Virus record (IMG/VR): IMGVR_UViG_3300028591_000070
Coordinates: 224,001-288,000 of that record
Strand: one strand, 5' to 3'
Origin: a virus
Taxonomy: Duplodnaviria > Caudoviricetes
DNA: 64,000 bases
The translations under genes were made by a program, and so were the position numbers. This document shows, piece after piece, positions 27,119 to 36,326 of this stretch (positions are counted from its first letter, which is position 1; the number at the start of each line of letters is the position of its first letter). Under the pieces are notes generated by a model. The model did not search any database, was not told the DNA's origin, and worked only from the letters and a program-made list of their open reading frames with translations.

Positions 27119-30100
27119 AGTTGAAGCTTCCTGATCTGTCCAAGTTTTTCCTTCCTTAAGACTTTCAATTGCATTTAAGATTCTTTCAAGCATTGCTTCA
27201 AGATTACTATTATCAACATTTACATTAGTTGTAGGAGTATTCTTTTTATTTTCGGCACCCATTGCAGAACTACTTGTTTCTCTAAAGTTGAGAGAGCCTT
27301 CAATACCTAAAGTTTTAGCAATACTAGATGAGTCTATTTTTGAGAATCTTTCTAGAGCATCTGTTAGTCTATCAACTTTATTTATCATATCATCTGCATT
27401 CTTATTCATTTTAATATTGAACAATGTTGTAATAGCAGTTTTAATTTCTTTTGCTTTCTTGTTTAAGCCATCACCTTCTGGTAAACTTTGAAGTCTTTCA
27501 ATTCCAGGCATAATTGATTCTATATTTGCATTAAACTTATTGCCATCAATTGTGTCTATTTGAGATGTGAGTTCATTTACTCCAGCAATTGCATTTTTAA
27601 TTGCTTTTGTATTAGGAGAAGCTTTCATACTTTGTATTTTGTTTAAGGCATCTAAGAAGATTGAAATACCATCTAAGTTGATACCCTTTAATTGATCACT
27701 TAAATTTCTCATAGGGCCTACTGAGTCTGACATTTTATTGATTAAATCTGCTACAGTAGTTCCCATCTTATCTGAAACCCAAGATGCTGCTGCTTCATGA
27801 ACACTTGCCAATAATCCAGGACTTCTTGCTTTTTCTGCAATCAATTCCATAGTATCTAAGTATTTTATAACAGCTTCTGTATCAACTCCATTTTTAGATA
27901 ATTCAGTGAGCTGTTCCATTGCATCTAATGATTTTTTAAGTGTTGAGAAGAATAAACTCATAAGAACAGCTGAAATAGTACCTAATAAGAAATGGATAGT
28001 ACCACCTACTAAAGTTTTAGCTGCAATAACAGCTCCTGCTAAGAATGGAATTAAGCCATATTTACTCTGGAATGGCTTTAAGATATTATCACCATACATA
28101 GCATCCACTAAGTTTGGGTCAGATCTCTTTCCAAAGAATTTTGCAACCTTTGAAAATATAAATAATGCTGGTGTTAAAGTTATAAGTACAGCTGAAATTA
28201 AAGTAGCACCAACCATGGCAATTGGACCTAACGCAGCTGTTAAACCTAATAAACTAATAGTAAGGGTCATTGCGTTTACAAAACCTAAAATACCAGTCTT
28301 AGCTAATGCTGGATTTGTCTCTGTAAATAATGGCTCATTACCCAGCATTTCTGATATAGCTTTGAAAGGTAATGCAACCATAGCCAACATGGTAATTGCA
28401 GCCATAATAGGTGGTAAACTAGCCATAGCAATTATAGCTGCAGGAGCGGTTACTGCTGTAGCCGCAAATGGAAGGGCCATAAGAGTGATATTTTTAGCAG
28501 ATAATTTAATCTGGTCTTTATCTATTTTACTTAATGCTGAAACAGCAACTTTAGATCCAACAGCAAAAGCAGCTAACATTAAAGCTGCAGGCATAGATGT
28601 TGCCATAGCCAATAAAGCGACTGGACCAACTAAAGCTAAAGGCATAGTAGCAGTGAATAAGCCAATAAGACCTGGGCCTTCATCTCCACCAGCCATAACA
28701 GTTACAGCATGTTGGATATCAGTTGGATTTATCATTGCTAAAGTTTTCAAAGCAAGGAATGCAGTTAATGCGAATGTAGTTGTAAGAATAGCTGCAGCCA
28801 CTCCTAATGCTAATGGAGCCATAACATACATGGCTGCCGCACCTAATAAAGCTGTAACTGCCATAACTCCAACAAATCCTAAAACAGCTATCATAGCAAC
28901 TCCAACCATTTTAGGAGTAATTGAACTTAATGCCTTTAATGCGACGAACGCTAAACCTGCAAATACAGTAGTGAGTACGGCCGCTAATAAACCTTGAGCA
29001 ATCTTATCTGTCATTTTGCCCATTAGATTTAAGGCAAAAGTCATGCCTATAGCAAATAGTCCAAGGGCTGCTGCTCCAACTAATGCTTTAACAGCAATAG
29101 GAGTTATCAATGAAGTTATAATCATTGAGACAGAGGTAAGAGTAACTAACAGAACGATGGCTTTAATGGCTCTTGTACTTTTCTGTATTTTCTTTAAGTC
29201 AAATTTATCTGAAACAAAATCTAGAAATATCGCTAATTCCTTTACAAAAAACTTTGCAGCCATTGCTCCAAATTTACCTAATATTGCAAATGGAGTTATA
29301 ATAGCAAAAGTTTTACAAGTTTTTAAGGTATTCACAGCGATGTCTTTGATACTCTCCATTGATTTAGCTAAACTTTTAATTTTTGATAGCTTCATATCTT
29401 CAAGAGTATCTATCAAAGGCTGAATACCTTTTGTAAAGAAACTTTTTATATTTTTTACTGAGCTAATAGCCAATTTAGAAATTAAACTAGACTTAATAAT
29501 GGCTTTCATAGAGTCATTGATACATGATGCTGCAAGAGCTAGATTTGTAGCAAAATTACCAATATTATCTCCCATACCACTAAGCCGTTCAAGATATTTA
29601 TCCATATCATCTAGTTTGGCGTTTGCTTTTTTGAAGTTTATAAAATGTGTAAGTGCATTTAAGGATATAACTTGTTTTACAACTTGACCAAAGTTTGCAG
29701 TAATAGAACCCATTTGCTTTGTAAACTTTTCAGAGTTCTTTGTATTAACTTTAGTATGAGTAGTTTTATCCATAGACTCAGTAAGTTCATCCAATCTTTT
29801 CTGAGTATCTTTGAACACACCTATATCTAATGGCTTTTGATTTGAAACAAAGTTTGTTAATTCTTGAAAATCTTTAATATATTTTTTAGAGTTTTCAACA
29901 TTAGATCCTAAAACAATAACTCCTGCTGCTGAAATAGGATTATTTTTAGAAGCAGTTATTTCTTTTACAGGCTTATTTAAGATTTTAATAATATCATCTA
30001 TTTTGGCACCCAAATATAAAGCAGGAGTACCATATTTTGCAGCCAATTTTTTAACATCATTTATTTTATCAGTTGGTTTCTGGAAATGTTCTTTTGGCTC

Positions 30101-30346
30101 TTCTGGAGTTTTAGGTTCATTAGCAAATATTTCATTAACAATTGACTGGCCTGTTGCTTGTAAAGTTTCTTTTAATACTTGTCTAAAAGACTCTGGCATA
30201 TCTTTAATAGCTTGCATAAGCTCAGATTGCTCATCTTTTTTAAAGAGTTTTTTAGTATCATCTCCTTTAGGTGTTAATCCAATACCTTCAAGGGATTTTG
30301 TATTGAGTGTTACTTTATCTGCATTAAGGGTAATTCCATCAGGCAT
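27110..30346 (-). CDS. tape-measure-like tail protein
   Basis: 1078 aa, helical, long Ala/Gly/hydrophobic central region; ACTAAT motif at 30353-30358. Confidence 0.65.
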   Translation of the reverse strand: MPDGITLNADKVTLNTKSLEGIGLTPKGDDTKKLFKKDEQSELMQAIKDMPESFRQVLKETLQATGQSIVNEIFANEPKTPEEPKEHFQKPTDKINDVKKLAAKYGTPALYLGAKIDDIIKILNKPVKEITASKNNPISAAGVIVLGSNVENSKKYIKDFQELTNFVSNQKPLDIGVFKDTQKRLDELTESMDKTTHTKVNTKNSEKFTKQMGSITANFGQVVKQVISLNALTHFINFKKANAKLDDMDKYLERLSGMGDNIGNFATNLALAASCINDSMKAIIKSSLISKLAISSVKNIKSFFTKGIQPLIDTLEDMKLSKIKSLAKSMESIKDIAVNTLKTCKTFAIITPFAILGKFGAMAAKFFVKELAIFLDFVSDKFDLKKIQKSTRAIKAIVLLVTLTSVSMIITSLITPIAVKALVGAAALGLFAIGMTFALNLMGKMTDKIAQGLLAAVLTTVFAGLAFVALKALSSITPKMVGVAMIAVLGFVGVMAVTALLGAAAMYVMAPLALGVAAAILTTTFALTAFLALKTLAMINPTDIQHAVTVMAGGDEGPGLIGLFTATMPLALVGPVALLAMATSMPAALMLAAFAVGSKVAVSALSKIDKDQIKLSAKNITLMALPFAATAVTAPAAIIAMASLPPIMAAITMLAMVALPFKAISEMLGNEPLFTETNPALAKTGILGFVNAMTLTISLLGLTAALGPIAMVGATLISAVLITLTPALFIFSKVAKFFGKRSDPNLVDAMYGDNILKPFQSKYGLIPFLAGAVIAAKTLVGGTIHFLLGTISAVLMSLFFSTLKKSLDAMEQLTELSKNGVDTEAVIKYLDTMELIAEKARSPGLLASVHEAAASWVSDKMGTTVADLINKMSDSVGPMRNLSDQLKGINLDGISIFLDALNKIQSMKASPNTKAIKNAIAGVNELTSQIDTIDGNKFNANIESIMPGIERLQSLPEGDGLNKKAKEIKTAITTLFNIKMNKNADDMINKVDRLTDALERFSKIDSSSIAKTLGIEGSLNFRETSSSAMGAENKKNTPTTNVNVDNSNLEAMLERILNAIESLKEGKTWTDQEASTLR

Positions 30347-30401
30347 AATTTAATTAGTAAAATCATGACTGTTAATATTTTTTGTATAGGAGAAAATATT
30401 A

Positions 30402-31595
30402 ATGACCGAGAATGGTATTGAAATGAAATCAGATTGGTTTATCACAGATGCTCCAAAACAGTTATCTGATGTTAAATCTCAAGACACAATTATTAAGTAT
30501 TACACAAAAAAATTTGCTTCAGGTTCAATGGATAAAAATACAATGTTCCTTGGACAGTTTGGTTCTGGTAAAACAGTTATGGCCAAAATTATCGCAAAGT
30601 CATTGGTATGTAAAGACCTTGATGCTGGTGGAAATCCTTGTGATAAGTGTGCAGCTTGTCAGGCAATCAATAATGAAACTTATAACCGTGATTGTCTCTA
30701 TATTGATGCTGAAAAAATGAGTGCTCAGGATGTTCGTGATGAAGTTGAAAAGTTTACAGCGACAAGAGCTATTCGTGACCGTAATAAGGTAATTATTTGT
30801 GATGAAGCTCAGGCACTTTCAAAAGAAGCAGTTGAAGCCTTCCTTACAGTAACTCAGAATCCAAAACCTGGTTTTTATTTTATTTTTACAGCAATGTCAA
30901 AACTTCAGGGACCAAAGGCCGGAGCTCTTCAGTCACGTTGTAAAGTTTGGAAAATGAAGACACCTCAGGTTGATGATACTTATATGTATTTGGCATCAAT
31001 TGCTCAGAAGAAAAACCTTATTGCTGACACTTCAGTTCCAAAAGAATTCTGGACAGATGGCTTGAAATTTATCGCACAGAATTCAGAGTATTCTTTCCGT
31101 AAAGGTATTCAAATGCTTGAACAGTGTTATGAAGGAAGAATCTTTACTCAGAAAGAAATGGAAGAGACTTTTGGTCTTGTCTCATATGATGATGCTGTTG
31201 CAGCACTTATCCAATTTGGAAATAAGGAAATCACTCGTACAACTTGGAATATTGTAAACGGTGAAGATTATATCGACAAGTTTAATCTTTTGATTAAGAT
31301 TATTGGTGATGCTCAGGCAGTAAAAACATTTGGTACTGAATTTATTGAAGAAGGTGACAAATGGAAGTGGGATCAAGCCGTTCAGCTTTCTAAGACAAAA
31401 TACTTTGATGAAATGCGTGATGTATTTATGGAATTAGGAAAACAAGCTTGGTTGAAAAATGGTACTTGGAGAAGTTCTCTTGCATTATATCTTGAGTCTG
31501 GTACAAAAGCAGGTGAAGCTCCAAAACCTGAGCATTTGCAGGAAACAGTTCCACCTACAACAGGAAGACGTAGAAGGGTAGCAGTAGCAGAATAA
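30402..31595 (+). CDS. dnaX: clamp-loader ATPase, DNA Pol III gamma/tau-like
   Basis: GQFGSGKT, C...PCDKCAAC zinc module, DEAQ, LQSRC; GTTAATATT at 30371-30379. Confidence 0.85.
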   Translation: MTENGIEMKSDWFITDAPKQLSDVKSQDTIIKYYTKKFASGSMDKNTMFLGQFGSGKTVMAKIIAKSLVCKDLDAGGNPCDKCAACQAINNETYNRDCLYIDAEKMSAQDVRDEVEKFTATRAIRDRNKVIICDEAQALSKEAVEAFLTVTQNPKPGFYFIFTAMSKLQGPKAGALQSRCKVWKMKTPQVDDTYMYLASIAQKKNLIADTSVPKEFWTDGLKFIAQNSEYSFRKGIQMLEQCYEGRIFTQKEMEETFGLVSYDDAVAALIQFGNKEITRTTWNIVNGEDYIDKFNLLIKIIGDAQAVKTFGTEFIEEGDKWKWDQAVQLSKTKYFDEMRDVFMELGKQAWLKNGTWRSSLALYLESGTKAGEAPKPEHLQETVPPTTGRRRRVAVAE

Positions 31596-31852
31596 TGACA
31601 ACTATCGAAATTATTGAAAAAGAAAGATTAGAATTAGCTAAAAATGATGATTGTGATACAAAACAATATATGTCTAATGAATTTTTCTATGAAAAACTTT
31701 ATAATCAAATTCATTGGGATAAAAATCACATGACAACTGAAGGTGAAATTTCAAAACTTGCTCTTAGAGCTATGATAGAAATGGCTTATAGAGAAGGTAA
31801 AATAGATGGTCTAGAAAGAGCATCTGAAATTATAATTCAAAATCAGTCATAA
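31595..31852 (+). CDS. hypothetical protein
   Basis: Coupled ORF. Confidence 0.65.
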   Translation: MTTIEIIEKERLELAKNDDCDTKQYMSNEFFYEKLYNQIHWDKNHMTTEGEISKLALRAMIEMAYREGKIDGLERASEIIIQNQS

Positions 31853-31856
31853 AAAT

Positions 31857-31886
31857 AAAGCTCCTCAAATGAGGAGCTTTTTATTT
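31857..31886. terminator. bidirectional intrinsic terminator
   Basis: AAAGCTCCTC-AAAT-GAGGAGCTTT between convergent genes. Confidence 0.8.
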
Positions 31887-31887
31887 A

Positions 31888-32310
31888 CTACATATTTTTG
31901 ATGTCATCTTCAAGAGACTTAAACTTTTCCATCATTTCTTTCATGCAGTCTTTCCAGCCACGTTTATATGACTCAGTATCGATACCTTCATCTACTGGTT
32001 CTTTGGCTTCATGAGCCGGAGCTTCAGGAACTGGGCCAGAATCTTCGGGTTTTTCGATAGGCTTAACATAAAATGAAAAACTGTCTTCTCTAAATCGAAG
32101 ATTTATTCCAACATCAGCATCTTGTGCTGATACATCTTTGATTACTTTTTCAATTTTTGAAAAATAATCTTTTACTTCCTGAGAAGCATATTCAAACTGA
32201 ACATCTCTGGAATTGTCCAAAAAACAAAATCCAGAGCCTAATTGCTGACCAACAAGCCCTTCTTTTTTGAGAGCTTCTTCAATGTCATTTGAAACTTTTA
32301 ATAAATCCAT
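31888..32310 (-). CDS. hypothetical protein
   Basis: 140-aa ORF with GGAG SD. Confidence 0.7.
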   Translation of the reverse strand: MDLLKVSNDIEEALKKEGLVGQQLGSGFCFLDNSRDVQFEYASQEVKDYFSKIEKVIKDVSAQDADVGINLRFREDSFSFYVKPIEKPEDSGPVPEAPAHEAKEPVDEGIDTESYKRGWKDCMKEMMEKFKSLEDDIKNM

Positions 32311-32314
32311 ATTA

Positions 32315-32572
32315 TTAACTCCTATTGGTATCTTTTAAAAAAGATTTATACTCAGTGTCTATTTTATCTGTCGCTGTATTTAAGTCATCTTCACACTTAA
32401 AAGAAACAGTAAACTCAATTTCATTTGAGCCTTTTACTGGATAGCCATGAATATCATGGTCTCTTGTTTTTTCACGAACTCTGATAGAAGGAAAAGTAAT
32501 AACGTCTGCATATTCGTCCAAAATATCCAAAATTTTGTGATTAAATTCTATAATTCTTTTATCAATTGTCAT
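32315..32572 (-). CDS. hypothetical protein
   Basis: Preceded by ATGAAA-17-TATAAT. Confidence 0.65.
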   Translation of the reverse strand: MTIDKRIIEFNHKILDILDEYADVITFPSIRVREKTRDHDIHGYPVKGSNEIEFTVSFKCEDDLNTATDKIDTEYKSFLKDTNRS

Positions 32573-32610
32573 TTTATCTAGATTATACCAAAAGGTTAAT
32601 ATTTTTTCAT

Positions 32611-33393
32611 ATGGTACAAGTAGGAATAACAGAGAGAGGTGATGCTGCCTTAAATACTAGCTGGAAGAAATGGGTAGAAAATGGGCAGCCTGCGATTTTA
32701 ATCACAAAAAATGTAATTAAACTTATTGAAGAAAACAAGCAATTATTATTAAATGGAAATGTAATTATTCATGCAACTGTTACTGGATTAGGTGGCACAA
32801 GATGGGAGCCTAATGTTCCAAATTATAAAAAGGTTTTAGAATTTTTAGAAAAACAAATTAGATATGGTTTTCCAAAAGAAAGATTAGTTATAAGATGCGA
32901 CCCAATTTTTATTCCTTTTATGGCTCCAGAAACCCAATCTATATTTGACTACAAGTCAATTATTTCTGAAATATTAAACTTTGCTATTGATAATGATTTA
33001 AGGTATCGTATTTCATTTTTTGACTATTACCCACATGTTAGAGAAAGAGTTAAGAATTTACCACAAACTCTTGTTATTGAGAAGTTAAACCAAATACAAC
33101 CTGAATTACATGCTAATATCCTTTTAAGGCAAGGTTTTTTAGCTATGTTGGAAGATTATATTACTACTCGAGGTGGAAAAACTGAAGTAGAAATCTGTGG
33201 TGAGCCTGGTTTACCTTGTACTGGTTGTTTATCTAAAAAAGACTTAGACATTTTTGGCATTGAATTGGATAAAGACCCAGAAACAGGAATGCAAAGACCT
33301 GCTTGTGCTTGTTTAGGAATTAAAAGAGAATTATTAGATAATAAACACCCTTGTGCCCATGGCTGTCTCTACTGTTATTGGAAAGATTACTAA
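32611..33393 (+). CDS. DUF1848-like (permuted radical SAM / SPL-related) protein
   Basis: LITKN, TVTG..G..WEPNVP, RCDPI, ISFFD, QRPACAC, terminal CAHGCLYCY; start moved to 32611 after GTTAATATT (32595-32603). Confidence 0.75.
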   Translation: MVQVGITERGDAALNTSWKKWVENGQPAILITKNVIKLIEENKQLLLNGNVIIHATVTGLGGTRWEPNVPNYKKVLEFLEKQIRYGFPKERLVIRCDPIFIPFMAPETQSIFDYKSIISEILNFAIDNDLRYRISFFDYYPHVRERVKNLPQTLVIEKLNQIQPELHANILLRQGFLAMLEDYITTRGGKTEVEICGEPGLPCTGCLSKKDLDIFGIELDKDPETGMQRPACACLGIKRELLDNKHPCAHGCLYCYWKDY

Positions 33394-33400
33394 TTTATTT

Positions 33401-34612
33401 ATGAGATTAAATGAAACTATTTCAGATGTATTCTATGATCAGCCTGAAATTTACTTAAAGTGTATTGAGGCTGGAGCAAAATATTTACAAGAAAAACCAT
33501 ATCCAGAAAATAATCAAGATATTAAATTTAAATATGGTTATCATCCAGAAAAAGTAACTAACAGAGAAAAGTGGTGGACCGATGCTCTTAGACCTATTAA
33601 AGCTGAATTGAAAGATCACTATGGCCCAGGATTTACAAAGAAGATTAAGGGTATTGTTTGGACTTTAGCAGATGAAGGTAATACTGCTTTGGAAAATATG
33701 AAGCAGTTTATCTCAACTGGAACCTGTGAACAATATGAAGCTTTTTTAAATAGCAATTCTAACAATTCAGATGCAGGTGGCCTTTATATTGATGATAAGG
33801 TTTTTGATAAACCAGTTTGTATAGAGTGCGGAGCTCCATTATCAAAAGAAGAAGTTGAAGCTTATGGCGATACTTGTGAAGCTTGTGCTTTAGATGATAT
33901 TGGAAGAGATAGACATTATGATGGCCCAGATATGGGAGATTTATTTGAGTCTATTATAAAAGAAGGAACAAACACAGAAAAGAAAAATTATATCGACATT
34001 AAAGGTGAAAAAGCTCCATTAGACTGGGATAGAATAGATGATAAAATAGAAAAAGTTGGTTTTGGTAAAGACTTATATGAATGTATTATTCGCGAAAGTG
34101 AGATTAAATCTTGGTATGAGCCATTTATGAATTTCTATTACCAGATTTATAATGGTGGTGTAGGTCAGCCAATTAGATTAAATCCTGGATATTACAAAGA
34201 AGTAGATGAAATTTTAAGCATTGCTTCATATAATGATATTCTTACAAATATATATGAAGAAAAATATATTCCAGAAGAAGTAAAACCATTATTTGAAGAG
34301 TTTGTGAGAAATGTTAAAGAAGTTTGTGATGCAGTATCTTCAACTACATTCTATAGACCTTGTGAATATTGTGGTGGATCTGGTGAAGAATATGTAATGG
34401 ATGAAGATGAGGACGGAAATGATCGTTCTTATTATGATACTTGCATTAACTGTGGTGGTGATGGTGAAGTTCAATGCAGCTATGATGAAGTAGATGACCC
34501 AGACGATATTAAAAATTATCTAAACTTAGAAGCAAAAAATGCTTGGGATGAGCTTGAGAATAAATGTTTAGACTATCAAAAAATGTTTAAGATTATAGAA
34601 GGAAAAGAGTAA
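33401..34612 (+). CDS. multidomain late-class protein with zinc ribbon, DMP19-like motif and DnaJ-type CxxCxGxG pair
   Basis: CIEC...CEAC; FYYQIYNGGVGQ; CEYCGGSG...CINCGGDG; start moved to 33401 (ACTAAT at 33389-33394). Confidence 0.6.
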   Translation: MRLNETISDVFYDQPEIYLKCIEAGAKYLQEKPYPENNQDIKFKYGYHPEKVTNREKWWTDALRPIKAELKDHYGPGFTKKIKGIVWTLADEGNTALENMKQFISTGTCEQYEAFLNSNSNNSDAGGLYIDDKVFDKPVCIECGAPLSKEEVEAYGDTCEACALDDIGRDRHYDGPDMGDLFESIIKEGTNTEKKNYIDIKGEKAPLDWDRIDDKIEKVGFGKDLYECIIRESEIKSWYEPFMNFYYQIYNGGVGQPIRLNPGYYKEVDEILSIASYNDILTNIYEEKYIPEEVKPLFEEFVRNVKEVCDAVSSTTFYRPCEYCGGSGEEYVMDEDEDGNDRSYYDTCINCGGDGEVQCSYDEVDDPDDIKNYLNLEAKNAWDELENKCLDYQKMFKIIEGKE

Positions 34613-35508
34613 TGACATATAATCAAATTATAAAATTTCTTAAAAATACCCCAAGACCTAATGGCCGAAAGTATGATTTATATCGCTCTATAGCTGAAAA
34701 AACAAATCAAAATATTTCATATCTAAAAGCTGTAATTATTGATGATGGTTTTAGGTATGAACCTGATGAAGATGGTTATGTTATTGAGATGAATCCTAAG
34801 TTTTTAAATAAAACTACTTGGGTTGCTTATTTTGACCCAAACTCAGGTGAGTTTATAAATAGATGGGACCAATATAAACATGAAGATATGAGTGGTTTTG
34901 AAGCTCAATTAAATGGCTATAATGATGAGGGTGAGTGGATTTGTACTATAGTAGATACATCAGCACCTGATATGGATTCAGGTGGAGCTTATGATGCTTT
35001 ATTAGCTATTGTTGAACATAAAGATGAAATCTCAGGTGATGAGAATGATGAATACAAAACTTTGGAAATTGTAAATTCTCTTCAATTCAGAAAAGATATA
35101 CACAATGCTCTTGGAGAATGGGATGAAATATTTAATAGATATAGAGCATTTGAAATGGAATATGAAGTTGGCGAAAAATGTGTTGATGACTTGCACGTAG
35201 CTAAAAGATTTCATAACTATGAAACTGGTGAAGATGACTGGGACCATATCCTTGAAGATGACACAGAAAAACTTACTAAAATTATTAGTAATATTAAAAG
35301 CATATTTAAGAAGCATAATGTACCATATTATGGAACTGGTTATATTAGAGGTAGCCTAGGAGACGATCCTCGATATGCCGTTGCTGAACTCCATCCATAT
35401 TTTGCGGAACCAGGAGAAAATCACTATACTATCTTAGATGAAAAAATTGGATTAAAAGAGTCTAGTGACATTGTTAGTGAGTTTTTAAGATTGTGTGAGG
35501 GTAAATAA
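34612..35508 (+). CDS. acidic hypothetical protein
   Basis: 298-aa coupled ORF. Confidence 0.75.
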   Translation: MTYNQIIKFLKNTPRPNGRKYDLYRSIAEKTNQNISYLKAVIIDDGFRYEPDEDGYVIEMNPKFLNKTTWVAYFDPNSGEFINRWDQYKHEDMSGFEAQLNGYNDEGEWICTIVDTSAPDMDSGGAYDALLAIVEHKDEISGDENDEYKTLEIVNSLQFRKDIHNALGEWDEIFNRYRAFEMEYEVGEKCVDDLHVAKRFHNYETGEDDWDHILEDDTEKLTKIISNIKSIFKKHNVPYYGTGYIRGSLGDDPRYAVAELHPYFAEPGENHYTILDEKIGLKESSDIVSEFLRLCEGK

Positions 35509-35509
35509 A

Positions 35510-35695
35510 ATGACAGAACCTAAAGTAGTTGAGTTTAAATGTCCAAAATGTGGATATGAATGGACTAAGTCTTTTCCAGAAGGAATGGAAATTTGGACAA
35601 GAAGACGCTGCCCTAATTGTATGCGATATAGTGACAATTGTTTAAAACCTTTCAATTTTTTTGAAAAGATGAAAAAGGAAATTTCTAATGAATAA
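35510..35695 (+). CDS. small zinc-ribbon protein
   Basis: CPKCGYEW...CPNC. Confidence 0.65.
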   Translation: MTEPKVVEFKCPKCGYEWTKSFPEGMEIWTRRRCPNCMRYSDNCLKPFNFFEKMKKEISNE

Positions 35696-36230
35696 ATCTG
35701 AACTATTTGAGTCCATTTTAGCAGAATCTTTACAAGAGGATTATGAACAAGCCTTAGGAGATTGGATCTGTGGATGGGACCTTAGATTTAAGAGTATTAA
35801 AAATAGAATTAAAAAATTTAAAAAACAATTTAAGGTACTTTATAGATATATTGCTCTACCATATGATTCTTATATTGAAGAGGGTCAGAATGTTTGGAAA
35901 ATGAAAGTTGGTGATATTTTTAATGCAACTCCTTGTTCAACTTCAATTATACCATTTTGCAGTAAATTAAATTATAAAAAATATGTTGATCGCATGTGCG
36001 TTTTTACAGGTAATTCTTCAGATGTTGACCTTTTAGAAATGATTTTTCATAATGCAGAAGGTTGGCAAATACCTCAGAGTGTTTATGATAAAAATAATTA
36101 TGAAGACTCAGATTATGCATGGCAAAAAGAAGTTATTTTAGATGGAAAATATCGAATAACTAAAATTATGAATATAAATGACCCACAAAGACCAACTTTA
36201 AAAAAGAAAGTTTTTTTAGAAAAATGTTAG
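35688..36230 (+). CDS. putative ADP-ribosyltransferase (R-S-E clade)
   Basis: VLYRY, VGDIF, CSTS, QKEVIL..KYRITKI. Confidence 0.6.
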   Translation: MNKSELFESILAESLQEDYEQALGDWICGWDLRFKSIKNRIKKFKKQFKVLYRYIALPYDSYIEEGQNVWKMKVGDIFNATPCSTSIIPFCSKLNYKKYVDRMCVFTGNSSDVDLLEMIFHNAEGWQIPQSVYDKNNYEDSDYAWQKEVILDGKYRITKIMNINDPQRPTLKKKVFLEKC

Positions 36231-36257
36231 TTTTAATAAAATAAGTAATTTCTATAT

Positions 36258-36281
36258 AAAGGCGCAAAAAGCGCCTTTTTT
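36258..36281 (+). terminator. intrinsic terminator
   Basis: AAAGGCGC-AAAAA-GCGCCTTTTTT. Confidence 0.75.
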
Positions 36282-36326
36282 GAATTTTTATTGAATTTGA
36301 TGTATAATCTATATAAGAGGTAAATT
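36280..36326 (+). promoter_or_regulatory. sigma70-type (early-class) promoter plus SD
   Basis: TTGAAT-N17(TG)-TATAAT-CTATATAAGAGGT. Confidence 0.8.

Noticed and set aside
27288-30353. Long plus-strand ORFs (e.g. 27906-28997, 363 aa) opposite the tape-measure-like gene
   Set aside because: Shadow frames arising from Ala/Leu/Gly codon bias on the coding strand; no promoter motif or SD
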